Notes under the pieces: model-generated | Seen by the model: the letters and a program-made list of their open reading frames with translations, nothing else | Told to the model about the DNA's origin: nothing | The model's database searches: none | Part shown: piece after piece, positions 1-12,718 of the stretch | How positions within the stretch are numbered: the first letter of the stretch is position 1 | Layout of the letters: each line of letters opens with the position of its first letter | Assembly: GCA_951406725.2 (NCBI GenBank) | Contig: OX597838.1 | Location: forward strand, 4,898,001-4,962,000 | DNA length: 64,000 bases | Direction: 5' to 3' | Source: Octopus vulgaris | Lineage: Eukaryota | Program-made: the position numbers and the translations under genes

Positions 1-121
1 CACACACATACGCACACACACATACACGCACACAGACGCACAAACACACACACAAACACACACATACACCCATATGTACACAGACAGGTTTATACATACA
101 TACATGTGTATAATTAAATAC

Positions 122-194
<73 letters not shown>

Positions 195-231
195 ATATAT
201 ATGTATATGTATATATATATGTATATGTACG

Positions 232-278
<47 letters not shown>

Positions 279-388
279 GAATTTTTGTTTTACCTATATA
301 TCTATTACACCATACCGACGCTCGCAAATATTATATTGTAATACATGTATGCAATATATATGGCGATACGTATATATATATACATGCA

Positions 389-434
<46 letters not shown>

Positions 435-460
435 ATGTATATATAAATATATATTCGTAT
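1..460. repeat. (CA)n/(TA)n compound microsatellite, representative of dozens of such tracts in the window
   Basis: Directly visible dinucleotide arrays. Confidence 0.95.
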
Positions 461-1029
461 GTGCGTGTGTTTGTTTTCTTGAGCGTACAAATACATTATA
501 TAATCTTAATCGTATATATATATATATATATATATAGCAGTATAGTTATACATACGCGCTCACACGCACTCGCACTCACAGAATCACACAGAATCGCACA
601 CACATATCTATACACTAGGCAACATATACAAACAGACAATACAGCACGTGCGCATGTGTATCATTGGTTGTATATTCCTGCACTGTTGGATGTATGCGTA
701 AACGGAGATCTACGCATTTTTCGCAGGAATAAATGCTCTGTTGGAGGGGAAAAGCGCAGTGTGTATTTCGAATATGAAGCACAGAACATTCTGGAAAGCA
801 ATCAATAATTATATTATCAATATCTTTTATTTATTTACATCTACATTGCATATTTTTACAATTGTGTGTGTTTGTGAGGAGGAGGAGGAAGATAAACAAT
901 TGATCGCATCTCTCAGGAGTTGTTCTTTGGTTTTGTCCTAACAATACAGACGCATGCGAGGTCATGTATTTGTCAAAATAGAACTGAAAACAATCAGCCG
1001 TTTGCGAGATGATTTTTTTCACACGGGCA

Positions 1030-2290
1030 AAAAGTTAGAAATTTTGGAGGAAATTGCTAGTTAATTACATCGACCCCCATTAGTTGACTGGTATATATTT
1101 TGTTGATCACAAAATGATGAGAGGGGCAAAGTTGGCTATTGACCTCAGTGGCATTTGAACGCAGAACATGAAGAAGGACGAAATGCCGTCAAATATTTTG
1201 CCCGCCGTACCAACGATTCAAGTAGCTCACCACCTTTATTAAAATCCTTTTTACTAAAGGCTCAAGGCCTCAGATTTGAGGGGAGGGGACTGGTCAATTA
1301 TATCGATCCCACTATTTCATTGGTACTTAATTTATCGACCCCGAAAGGATGAAATGCAAAGTCGACCCCAGCTGGATTTGAACTCAGAACTTAAAGAGTC
1401 CAACCAAATGCGACACGGTAACGATTCTGCTATCTTGCTGCCTTAATAATAATAATGGTTTCAAATTTTGGTCCAAGACCGTCAATGATAGGCGAGGGTT
1501 AAATCGATTACATTGACCCCAGTGCTCAACTGGGGTTTATTTTCTTTTCGCTGCAATGATGAAAGACAAAGTCGACCTCGGTGGATTTTCAACTCAGAAC
1601 GTAAAGACGGTCGAAATACCACAAAGCATTTTTTCCGGAGTGTTAACTATTCTGTCAGCTCCCGGCCTTCACCAACTATAGGGATCAGCCCCGAAAATTT
1701 TAGGGGGCAAACTAGTCAATTACATCGACCCTAGTTCGTTAATCGTCTTTATTTTATGAAACCCAAAAGGATGAAATTTAAATATGACCTCGTGTAAAGT
1801 CCAGACCCTAAATTTGCGGAAAAATGGCGCTAAACATTCTGCCAGCTGAAACACCCTTCTAGTAATCCTTTCTTTCATAGGCATAATGCCATGAAATTTG
1901 GGATAGTCGATTACATCGACCCTAGTACTCAGAAGATACTTATTTTTATCAACCCTGAAAGGATAAAAGGAAATGTTCCCTCGGCAGAATTTGAACTCAG
2001 AAAATGAGACGTGCGAAATACCGCCAAGTACTCTGCCCGGTGTGCTAACGATTCTGACAGCTCACCGCTTTTAAAAATTTTCATAACAAGTTTCTAGAGA
2101 GGATCGAATCCGTACCTCTAAAACTCCAGTTAAGCGTTTCGAAACATTAAGCTAAGTATTTGTAATAATAATTCTGTCTACCATGAGCACAAGACTTGAA
2201 ATTTTGGGAGAGGAGGAGGAGGCTAGCGGAATACGTCGAACCCCAAAGATAACTACTATTTATTCTATTGAAACCAAAATACAAAATTGA
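1030..2290 (-). mobile_element. Cluster of about 6 degenerate head-to-tail copies of SINE family B (tRNA-derived, Deu/Nin-like central domain)
   Basis: Motif gattacatcgacccc...cgaaaggatgaaaggcaaagtcgacctcggcggaatttgaactcagaac...ctgccagctc recurs about every 200 bp and matches the better-preserved copy at 13931-14162. Confidence 0.8.
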
Positions 2291-3154
2291 CCCAGTTTCT
2301 CTTGAATTGCTGCTTTTAACTCGTCCAGTTGTGTGCAGTATTTCTCAGAATTAATTGTCTGGTTACATGGCAGAAGGTCATAGTACAGACTTCCTTTCCA
2401 ATCTCACTACACGAAGCAAGACATTTTTAGGGTGAAGACCCGCTTTTGGGGTGGCTAAGGGTGGTTCATGTCGCTTACTCCAGGATCGCTTTCTCTGAAC
2501 AATTCGGTAGATAATCCATTTCTTAATACCTGTCACAATTTGCTTTAAAAATAGGCGCGTTTCCATTCCGTTTATAAAGCGAATAACAGATGGAAATGCG
2601 ATCCAAAAAGGTTTTTTCTTACTCAACTCATGTGGTACGCAAACATCGTAACAATTTGTGTACCTAGGCTTTGCCACTTGCTCATGAACGACGGATTTTT
2701 AGATAGGTTGAAGCTTTCTGCCAATTCTCGGGTTGTGCAATGTGGGTTATTCTCAATTAATGGCTTGATTTGGTCATCATCTGTAGTGGATGGTCTGCCT
2801 GATAGTTCTTTATCATTAAGGCTACAATCTCCAGCTCGGAACCTTGCGAACCACTTCCGTACAGTTCTTTCCGATAAAGAAACATCACCGCAAACTGCGC
2901 ATATTTCTTTGGTTGCTTGTGAGGCATTTTTCCCTTTATGAAAAAAGAAAAGCATCATGTACCGAAAATAAACTTCCTTATCTTCCATTTTAAAGGGTTA
3001 CAGAATTAACACAGGTTATAGGAATATAAACCTTCCACGAAAATATAGATTAAATTGTGCTCTAAATCGATGCGTAGTCAAATCCTATTTTATGGACTCA
3101 ACCATGTTCTAAGATAAGTCGAAACTATAAATCGGCACGAACTTTCCGGACAAC

Positions 3155-3160
<6 letters not shown>
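2285..3160 (-). mobile_element. Mariner transposon relic, frameshifted and 3'-truncated
   Basis: ORF 2623-2988 encodes the mariner HTH region (SERTVRKWFARFRAG...SGRP). The next frame has CVPHEL (WVPHEL) and VTGIKKW (TGDEKW). A TIR-like tattgggttgtccggaaagttcgtgccgattt at about 3129-3160 abuts (TA)n. Confidence 0.9.
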
Positions 3161-3228
<68 letters not shown>

Positions 3229-3300
3229 TAGTTGTGTATGTATGCATATATGTATGTACTTGTACACAAATCACGTTAGTATAATATTTTCTTGAATATA

Positions 3301-3700
3301 TGCGCAGGCTTGGTTGTGTGCTAAGAAGCTTACTTACGAACCACATGGTTCTGGGTTCAGTCCTACTGCGTGACACCTTGGGTAAGTGCCTACTACTATC
3401 GCCTCGGTCTTATCAAAACCTTATGAGTAGAGTTGGTAGATGGAAACTGAAAGCAGCCCGTCGGATACATGTATATATCTATGTGTGTGTTTGTATATGG
3501 CTCTGTTTGTTCTCCACCACTGCTTGTCAACCGGTGTTGATGCATTTACATCGTCGTATATCAGCGGTTCGACAGAAGAGATCAATAGAATAAATATTAG
3601 GCTTTAAAAATAATTAGTTATTGGGTCGATTAATTCGACTAAAATATTCTCCTAGACCGCCGTCCAATGACCAAAACAAGTATTAAGACAGGAAAATAAA
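3301..3700 (+). mobile_element. SINE family A (tRNA-like head, CORE-like ccttgggcaagtg, internal TA/TG tract), diverged copy
   Basis: Similar to copies at 14686, 19294, 34101 and 43692. Confidence 0.85.
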
Positions 3701-3854
3701 AGATGATATAAATTGTCTCTTCAGAACAGTTCACTATTTGTCTATACACACAACTACATTATAATAGTGTGCATCAATTTTAATAGCGTATATAGACCAT
3801 AATTTCGTATATCGGAATATTGATTATTAGTAATATTACATATATGTGCACAGC

Positions 3855-3897
<43 letters not shown>

Positions 3898-4023
3898 GTC
3901 CCTATCTCTTTATCCTGTTTCTACCGTCATCCTTCCACACTACATAATAACTGCTCTCACACAACCACTCCTTATGTGTATGTGTGTATTCAAACACACA
4001 CCTATACTCACACACACAAACTC

Positions 4024-4075
<52 letters not shown>

Positions 4076-4126
4076 CTGTAAGTATGCATACATGTATATA
4101 TGTATATATGTATATATGTATATATG

Positions 4127-4182
<56 letters not shown>

Positions 4183-4320
4183 TGTATGCACATACACCTG
4201 TATACATCCACATTTACATACATATACCAGTGCGTATATGTTTTGGTATTTCGTATGAGTATATAAATGTACTATGTATATACGTATGTTTAAGCACATA
4301 TATATATATATATGAATATA

Positions 4321-4352
<32 letters not shown>

Positions 4353-4645
4353 GATACATACGTATATATACGTATACATTTAAATACCTACATATAGATT
4401 CATATATATATATATATATATATATAAATTTATACACATACACACACACATATATATACACACACGCATTGATTTGAACTCTGAATGTAAAAAGAACGTA
4501 ACAAAATACCGCAATTATTGAGGGAGGTTTAGGAGGAGGAGAAGGAGGAAGAGGAGTAGGAGGGGAGAGGAAATGCAGTCAATTAAATCGACCATTAACT
4601 ATGTTATCGATCTCACCATTAGCAGCATCTTTAACAGTACTATCT

Positions 4646-4778
4646 TCAGCAGCAGCAGCAGCAGCAATAGCCCACCACCACCACTACCACCACCACCATC
4701 ACCATCACCATCACCACCATCTTCATCATCATCATCATCATCATCATCACCACCACCACCACCATCACCACAATCATT

Positions 4779-4809
<31 letters not shown>

Positions 4810-4830
4810 CAAACAACAACAACACCGCGG
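4646..4830. repeat. Compound CAG/CAC/CAT/CAA trinucleotide microsatellite
   Basis: Direct inspection. Confidence 0.9.
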
Positions 4831-4933
4831 CAACTGCTAACAGCCTCAGCCCCAATGCAACCACTATTAAGAGCATCTTTACCATCATACATACATACAT
4901 ACATATATATATGTGTATATATATATATGTATG

Positions 4934-4970
<37 letters not shown>

Positions 4971-4982
4971 ATATATCTATTA

Positions 4983-5256
4983 TTCTCTTACTGGTTTCAG
5001 TCATTTGACTGCAGCCATGTGGGAGCACCGCCTTGAAATGATGGGAGAGAATCACAGGCACAAAGACACACACACACACACGCATACACACACGAACACG
5101 AACACGTATATATATTATAGAGCACGGGCTTCTTTTATTTTCCTTCTACAAAACCCACGCCCAAGAACTGGCCGGTCCGAAGGGATCACGCAGTGAGAGT
5201 AAACCCAGGACTATGTGGTTGAGAAACAAGCTTCGTACCACACAGCCATGCCTGCG
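4983..5256 (-). mobile_element. SINE family A, degenerate
   Basis: gtttcagtcatttgactgcagccatg...ccacacagccatgcctgcgc. Confidence 0.75.
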
Positions 5257-5279
5257 CTAATATACTTATACATACATAC

Positions 5280-5472
5280 ACGTACCGTTGGCGATTTTTT
5301 CCCTGTCTTTTCTTCTCTGGATCTTTCCTTCTCCTATGTTTCCGACGAAGAGCTCCGCTCGAAACGTTAAACCCTCCTTCTTTCCTTCTTTCCTGAGCGC
5401 CTAATAATACTATATTTGTTCCACGTCCTCGCGTTGTTGTGTTTTTTTGTGCTTTCTTGTTTGGATTAACTT
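5280..5472 (+). mobile_element. Penelope-like element terminal (pLTR-type) fragment ending in (TA)n
   Basis: Contains an HHR motif and shares ttcctgagcgcc and HHR architecture with the minus-strand fragments at about 7270-7400 and 34710-34880. Confidence 0.6.
5338..5372 (+). ncRNA. Minimal type I hammerhead ribozyme variant
   Basis: Stem I GTTT/AAAC; core CCGACGA plus extra A; stem II GAGC-tcc-GCTC; GAAA; palindromic ACGT stem III; GUU triplet. Confidence 0.6.
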
Positions 5473-5489
5473 TATATATATATATATAC

Positions 5490-5647
5490 AAATAAGCAAC
5501 AAGGATATCCAAGGTAGAGTAATACAATTGTTTCATGATACTTCATTTTATTAGACACTGTAAGTATTTATAAAATACTTCATTAATAAAATGAAGTAGC
5601 ATGAAACAATTGTACTACTCTACCTTGGATATCCTTGTTGCTTATTT
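5490..5647. repeat. Foldback inverted repeat, 64-bp arms, 2 mismatches, 30-nt spacer
   Basis: 5490-5553 is the reverse complement of 5584-5647. Confidence 0.95.
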
Positions 5648-5743
5648 TGATTATAATCACCCCATTTGCTTTATATGGATAGCACCATACAAAAGTCTGG
5701 TGCCTTTAACTTAAGTATCATATGAATCTAAATTTTGCTGAAC

Positions 5744-5833
<90 letters not shown>

Positions 5834-5866
5834 CTATATATGTGTGCGTGCATGTATGTATGTAAA

Positions 5867-5906
<40 letters not shown>

Positions 5907-6418
5907 TTCATGTATATGTGTACCTGTGTGTGTATATGTGAGTGTGTCTTTGCATTTGTTCCCTACTCCAGCTTCGCAAATGGTGGTGCTGGTTTGTTTA
6001 CAACCTCCTAACTTCGAGCGTTGGCAATGAGCGAATGATAGGATAAGTAACGGGATTAACCAATCAAAGACTGCGGTCAATTGTTTCGACTAGAACCTCC
6101 AAGTCGATGCTCCAGCATAGACGGCATCCAACCACTCAAAGCAATTCAAAGAGTAAAGATTAATGATGCAAATTTCAAGACTGATTGATGGTGATTTTTT
6201 TTTTCGGTTTCAAATAACCGCATAGATTAAAGAAGCAACATTTTCAAAAACATTTTTGGATGCAATATTTTATTCACGGCATGGACTTTTACAAGCGTAG
6301 AATACCGATGATAACATGTTGCAAGCATTCAGCTATATTTAATTATAAAATCTTACATGTGGATTTCTAACGAAAAATGATTTTTTAGCATAAATAAATT
6401 CGGTTGAAAAGTTCATCG

Positions 6419-6432
6419 GTATCCATGGTAAC
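6419..6432. promoter_or_regulatory. RFX X-box-like palindrome GTATCCATGGTAAC
   Basis: Fits the X-box consensus; motif only. Confidence 0.25.
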
Positions 6433-6575
6433 TTGTTGCGAATATTAACTGAACGAAGGAAGGATTAACTGCGAAGGGAAAATGCTGGAAATTTATGAAT
6501 ATATCAAAATATGTATAGCAATTTGCATGTATTTATATGCAAAAGCATAACTATCCGTCTAGCTATCTGTCTGTG

Positions 6576-6638
<63 letters not shown>

Positions 6639-6639
6639 G

Positions 6640-6694
<55 letters not shown>

Positions 6695-6854
6695 GTATGT
6701 CTATCTATCTATCTGTCTGTCTGTCTATCTATCTATTTATCTATCTAGATATCTATCTACCTATCTGTCTGTCGGTCTCCCCCCTTTCTCTCTATCTATC
6801 TAACTCTCTACCTATCTATCTGTCTGTCAGTCTGTCTCTCCGTCTGTCTGTTTA

Positions 6855-6890
<36 letters not shown>

Positions 6891-7018
6891 CAAGAAGCAC
6901 CGTTTCCAGTTGTCTACACGACACAAACGTTCTGTGTCCTTAAGCGATATAATTTCACTTAAAATTCTATAAATTTTCAATAGCGGTTTAGCAGCGACAT
7001 CTAGCAAGACCAAGCTAC

Positions 7019-7061
7019 TCCAAACTGATGAAGGGTAGTTACTCTGGGACTAGTCTCTGGA
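7019..7061 (+). ncRNA. Degenerate hammerhead ribozyme (GAAA changed to GGGA)
   Basis: TCCAAA-CTGATGA-AGGGTAgtTACTCT-GGGA-CTAG-TC-TCTGGA; palindromic ACTAGT stem III; GUC triplet. Confidence 0.5.
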
Positions 7062-7269
7062 TACTGGCCTTGTTGGGTGGCGGTGCGTATCTCCCTTGTT
7101 TGAAAACTTAAGGACTCAAAATGCTCTCGTCGCGTAGCCAACTGGAAACTAAATAGCAGTAGCATTCTTCCCTTTCCTGGATTTACCACATTAAGTTGGC
7201 AACACGCCACCACTATAGACATACATAGTTGAAATTTACTAAAGAACAAAAAAGACGTGTATAAATTTA

Positions 7270-7400
7270 AAACCAAAAGAAGTATATAAATAACAAACAG
7301 GTGTATTAGTTTGAGGCTCGGCAATGTGAGAAAATCTTTTACGTTTCGCGCCTATTCTCTTCAGTAGAAAGGAACACAAGGAAATGTTTTAAGACAAAGA
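7270..7400 (-). mobile_element. PLE-type terminal fragment with decayed HHR (about 7335-7371)
   Basis: tcttttacgtttcgcgcctattctcttcagtagaaag resembles 34811-34848. Confidence 0.55.
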
Positions 7401-7566
7401 AAGACAGAGTTATCCGAAAGCTACATTAAAGTGAGGAAGCGCATAATGACAGCGGTCATTATTGTATTGCTCGATACACTAATAGTATTATGTGCTCATG
7501 CGTGCGAGTCATAACCATTTATAACATTCTGAATATGGCTGAATGGGATTAATATGTGCGATATAA

Positions 7567-7896
7567 CTAAACTACGAAAGAAAGCCATTTCATTTCTTTT
7601 TTTACTATTTGCTGTCCATCAAATTTGTCCTTTATTTCCCAAATATTCCGGACAACAACAGGTTTGGGAATCGGAGACATGTTTGCGAAATTACAAACGG
7701 AAACGATTCTTAAAGAGTTAAAATAGTTTTGGCAATATAGCAAAATATTTCTGGCATGATTCGCAAAGAGAATGCTTTCGTCTGTCAGTCCTTCATATTG
7801 TAAGTTTTGTCCATTTTTCACCTGCATTGAATATAAATTTTCGTCTATGAAATATAAATCTTCCTTAAATGCAGGTGGGACTTTAAGTTTGTTCAA
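7567..7896 (-). other. Non-repetitive 109-aa ORF of unknown nature
   Basis: Open frame of normal complexity in unique sequence; TTG start; no recognised family. Confidence 0.2.
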
Positions 7897-7926
7897 GCGT
7901 TGTCAATTGTCCAAATCTGAACAAAA

Positions 7927-8240
7927 AGCGGTAAGCTGGCAGAAACGTTAGCAAGCCGGGTGAAATGGTAACTCGTCTGTCTATTCGTCCTAAGTTCAAA
8001 TTCCGCCAAGGTCGTCTTTGCCTTTCCTCCGTTCATCCTTGCAATGTCGTCAACCGTGCCAAGCTGTATCGGTCCCTTTGCCTTTCCCTTGGATAACATC
8101 GGTGGCGTGGAGACGGAAGGATGGTATGCATGGTGATTGCTGGTCTTCCATAAACAACCTTGTCTGGATTTGTGCTTCGGTGGGTAACTTTCTAGGTGCA
8201 ATCCCATGGTCATTCATGACCAAAAGGAAGGGGTTTACTG
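7927..8240 (+). mobile_element. Chimeric SINE: family B head joined to family E 3' half
   Basis: 7927-8040 matches the head of family B; 8056-8240 matches 28039-28215. Confidence 0.7.
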
Positions 8241-8648
8241 CCATCCATCTCTCCATCCAATCCTCCTCCATCCATCTATCTATCACTCCATCCATCAACC
8301 CATCCATCCGTCCGTTCATTCGTCCCCTCATCCTTCAGTCCATCCATCCATCCGTCCGTCAGTGCGTCCGTCCATTCAACCGTTCGTCCTTCAGTCCAAC
8401 CATCCATCCATCTATCCATCCATTCATCCATCCATTCATTCATCCATCCATCCATCCCTCCGTCCATCCATCGATCCATCCATTGAACCATCCATCCATC
8501 CATCCATCCATTCATCCATTCATTCATCCATCCGTCCATCCATCCATCCATCGATCCATCCATTGAACCATCCATCCATCCATCCATCCATCCATCCATC
8601 CATCCATCCATTCATCCATTCATTCATCCATCCGTCCATCCATCCATC
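8241..8648. repeat. (TCCA)n degenerate tetranucleotide array
   Basis: Direct inspection. Confidence 0.9.
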
Positions 8649-8894
8649 TTCTTCCTTCTTTCTCTCACGGGTAGAGCTCTCAAAGCACCTCCTTCATAGA
8701 GTACTACAAAAAAAAAAAGCAATCGACGATAAATAAACTTTCTGACTCGAGCCAGAAGAACGACCAACTAAGAGCAAGGGTATTATCCAAGCTTCTCCGT
8801 CTGCCATAGCTCTAGGGTTCACCTGTCTGTCGCGGGGGTAGAGTCCCTAGGGTCCTATCAGAAACACCCGGTAGGAGTCTTCCTTGCTCGATTC

Positions 8895-8950
8895 TTACCA
8901 AACAGCCACGCCTTCGACATACTGCACAACAATCCCTACCTTCTTTCCAC
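8895..8950 (-). CDS. Candidate terminal coding exon (G)GKKVGIVVQYVEGVAVW* of an unidentified gene
   Basis: Acceptor tgtcatgtag|GT; phase 1 matches the exon at 12621-12718; protein-like composition; TAA at 8895-8897. Confidence 0.5.
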
Positions 8951-9402
8951 CTACATGACACAACACAAACACACACACATACACACAAACACACACACAC
9001 ACACACGCACACACACGCACACACACATACCTGTATCAAAATAAAATTCATCAGTTCGGTAGTTAATTGTAAGGAGAAAAAATAATAGCATACAAACGCG
9101 AATACTTTTTAAGACATCAACTGGAAATAATTTGAAGAGGGTAATTTCAATTGAAAAACTATTGCTACGTCATGTTTCGTTCTTATGACGTACGTAATTC
9201 ATTTCTGAGTAATGATTCACTTATCCTTTTCTACACAGTCAGACACACACGCAGATGCTGACACACATGCGCAAGTGCATCTATCTATCTATGTATCTGT
9301 CTATCCATCTATCTGTCTGTGTATCTATCTATCTATCTATCTATATATCTAACTATCTAGCTTTCTATCTATCTATCAGTATGCATATATATATGTATAT
9401 AT

Positions 9403-9439
<37 letters not shown>

Positions 9440-9446
9440 GATGATA

Positions 9447-9499
<53 letters not shown>

Positions 9500-9637
9500 T
9501 GTACATATATATATATATACACATACATACACTTATATATACACACACACAAAGAAACATGCATAAATATATATATATGTATGCATGCACATATGTCTAT
9601 ATATATATATAATTATGTGTGTATATATATATATACA

Positions 9638-9686
<49 letters not shown>

Positions 9687-10680
9687 GTGTGTGTGTGTGT
9701 GTGTATTTACCCATAAATACTGACAAAATGAGTGGAACTCCTACGGATGAAAACTACGATAATAGGCAACTGTAGGGTATCTGATGTGATCGTGATTGTA
9801 GAGATATCAGCCATTGGCCGGCAAGCGTGATTGAGACACAAGGAACTTATGAAAGATGAAGTTTCTATACACACAAACACGTATATACCGCGCCATACAC
9901 CACCACCCTTGCACACAAACACACACACACTCAATCGGGTCTGTATATATATATATATATATATACATGTGTGTGTGTATGTGTGTCCATGTGTGCGTGT
10001 GTGTGAGTGTGTGTATACAAGTGGGTGGGCAAACGAAAGCATGTATCGCTTAATATGTTTAGTAATATTTTTAGTAATAGCTTGACTCAGTTACATATAA
10101 CTTGAGCTTTCGGTGGTGCGTTGGACGAAGTCATGTCATCCAATATCGGTTGAGGATCCGTCCGACGCTCCACGAAACTTCAATCTATACACAAATCATT
10201 TCAAGAGTTATTCATACACACACGCACATACATAGATCTAAATATGTATGTATGTGTGCATGTATGTATGTGTATCGTATGCCGCTTTTATTTTTTAAAA
10301 AATTATTATAAATCTACCATTGAGAAGGGAACCTGTTTCCAACAAAGATACAAGGCTCCATCTTTTGGGATGTGATTAAGACAGACAATTTCACATTTGG
10401 AACTCTGTACGTAAGTATGTATATATGTATATATATATGCGTGCGTGTGTGCGCGCGCATTCATATCAACATACGCAGATATGTGTGTGTATTCCTGTAC
10501 AGTTTGAATTGAATTAGTTTTGGGACACGTTGAAAATGTTATGATAACATGTAAATATTAATTCAAATGACATTTTCCGAATCTAAATATGTTAACACAA
10601 TAGAAACATCTGCCATCTTTGTGAGGCGAATTATATAATTGAAGATGTGATTTTCTCCATACGTGTTTTTGTGACGTATA

Positions 10681-10742
<62 letters not shown>

Positions 10743-10744
10743 TA

Positions 10745-11095
10745 TATACATATACATATACATATATATGTAGTATATTATATATATATTATATATATAT
10801 ATACATATACATATATTTGTATATATTATATATATACATATACATATATTTGTAGTATATTATATATATACATATACATATATTTGTAGTATATTATATA
10901 TATACATATACATATATTTGTAGTATATTATATATATACATATACATATATATGTAGTATATTATATATATACATATACATCTATATGTAGTATATCATA
11001 TAATATACATATACATATATATGTAGTATATTATATATATATATATATACATATATGTGTAGTATATTATATATATATATATACATATATGTATT
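10745..11095. repeat. Minisatellite, unit about 32-34 bp (tacatatacatatatttgtagtatattatata), about 9-10 copies
   Basis: Periodic gtagtatatt within a TA-derived tract. Confidence 0.85.
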
Positions 11096-11113
11096 ATATA
11101 TTATATTATATTA

Positions 11114-11156
<43 letters not shown>

Positions 11157-11784
11157 TATATATCATATATATATATAAGCAAATACACTCGTCGTTTGGA
11201 CGGTGTAATTTATTATAATGGTACATTCCTGTGGACAGTTCAAGTGGAATTACTTCGTAGTTAGAAGTCATTTCAAGGTGATAAACATAAAAATGTATAA
11301 TTACCATTGTCATTAGCAGCTTGACATGGTATTAAGGAACTTAGGTAATGAATGGATTTTTTTCGAATACAAAGTTGGCAGCTGGTAATAAATGAAATTC
11401 CATGAAATGAGATCACAATAGCAGTAGGCATTAGGAATCCTACATTTTACCTGAAGCGTTTTATATCATGTAGAAATTTTTCTCGTAATGCCTGACACAA
11501 CCGCATTGAAGCTTTTTTTTTCAATGACTGTCATGTGTGATAAAGAAAATCTAACACTTATAGCAAACACATAAATAAAATAATGGCATGTGCATAAAAA
11601 TACATGTCAGAGCATACTTATGAGAGAACAGCGTGTGTGAATTAAGAAAGGTCGTTGAAAGTAATGTACTGTTAACAGCAATCAAGGAAATGAAGCAAAA
11701 TATCAAGGAAACTCTTGTAGGAAGTCTGATTTCTAACGTCTACAGTTCGGCTTTAAATGTGAAGATTGCAGCAGAGGAATAATA

Positions 11785-12045
11785 ACTGTAGTGTTGTTTT
11801 GTAGACGACATTTTTGGTTTTTTCTTCAGGAGTATAGATGAATAAGTTGTCTGGATGGCCATCTTTGGAACAACTGACGTAGAACTGTCCATGTGAATGC
11901 ATAACAACTTTCAGCGACTGACCGTATGTTTTGTTAATTGTCATGACAAAACTGAGTTTGAAAGGGAACTGAAGTCCCTGTATAGGTCAGGGGCAGTCTT
12001 TCTGGGATCAACGGATTGTTCGAAATGAAAATGATATCGTTTTTG
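11785..12045 (-). mobile_element. Helitron PIF1-like helicase C-terminal fragment, decayed
   Basis: LQFPFKLSFVMTINKTYGQSLK...SHGQFYVSCSK...TKNVVY matches the QFPxRLAFAMTINKSQGQS / SHGQLYVAxSR / TKNVVY motifs. Confidence 0.85.
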
Positions 12046-12269
12046 TCTTCGGTATCGATACACGATCTCGGACGATATCCCCTACGTGTCAAGTATAGCT
12101 CCGAAATATCCTTTTTGATTTACGCAAAATGCTGGTTTGCATCTACTATTGTAATAATAGATAAATGATTCGACATGCTTATAAAAAAAGCAACAGAGTA
12201 AATGTAACCAACGTCTCTTCGCCGAACAGTATTGAAGTTTGTCTCCCAGCTAAACTCTATATTCATTGG

Positions 12270-12525
12270 TAGCGTCGTGAAATTAACTTGAAAATGGCTG
12301 AGCACTCCACAGACACGCGTGCACTGAACGTAGTTTTCATGACAGAAAATTTGACAAAGCTGAAAACTCGAATTAGAGAGGCACTACACATTTTTGTCAA
12401 CTGAGTATACTAGAGCATCGTAATATAAAGTGCCTTAATCATGAACACACTGTACAGCCGGGAATCGAACTCACGCCTTTAAGATCCTGAGTCTATTACT
12501 CTAACCACTATGCCAGGCGTCTCTA
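12270..12525 (-). mobile_element. SINE family D, degenerate
   Basis: gtgaaattaac...ggctgagcactccacagacacg shared with 20489-20859. Confidence 0.7.
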
Positions 12526-12620
12526 GCTATATGCATTGTATTAAATGATTGAGAATTCTACACCTATGTGTAATACGTATTCGTACGATGTGTAGTACGT
12601 ACTCGACGTATTCTACAGAC

Positions 12621-12718
12621 CGGACAGCGAATCCGAATGTATGACAAGAGTGGTGGTCTTCCTAGCAGCAGCTTCCCTCTCTCCGTCCGTCCAGATCTCA
12701 CAACGTTTCTGTCTATGT
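12621..12718 (-). CDS. Candidate internal coding exon HRQKRCEIWTDGEREAAARKTTTLVIHSDSLS(G)
   Basis: ttgtgtag| acceptor and G|gtctgt donor; 98 nt; GC-richer unique sequence; joins in frame to 8895-8950. Confidence 0.5.

Noticed and set aside
7001-7324. 107-aa ORF or alternative last exon (LATRREHFES...)
   Set aside because: Overlaps HHR-bearing repeat fragments at both ends, so better explained as retroelement termini
7800-7896. Cadherin-like PPxF...Y..DEN in ORF 7567-7896
   Set aside because: No DxD/LDRE/DxNDN motifs follow
10745-11095. Regularly spaced repeats resembling a CRISPR array
   Set aside because: No unique spacers, no cas genes, eukaryotic context; it is a TA-derived minisatellite
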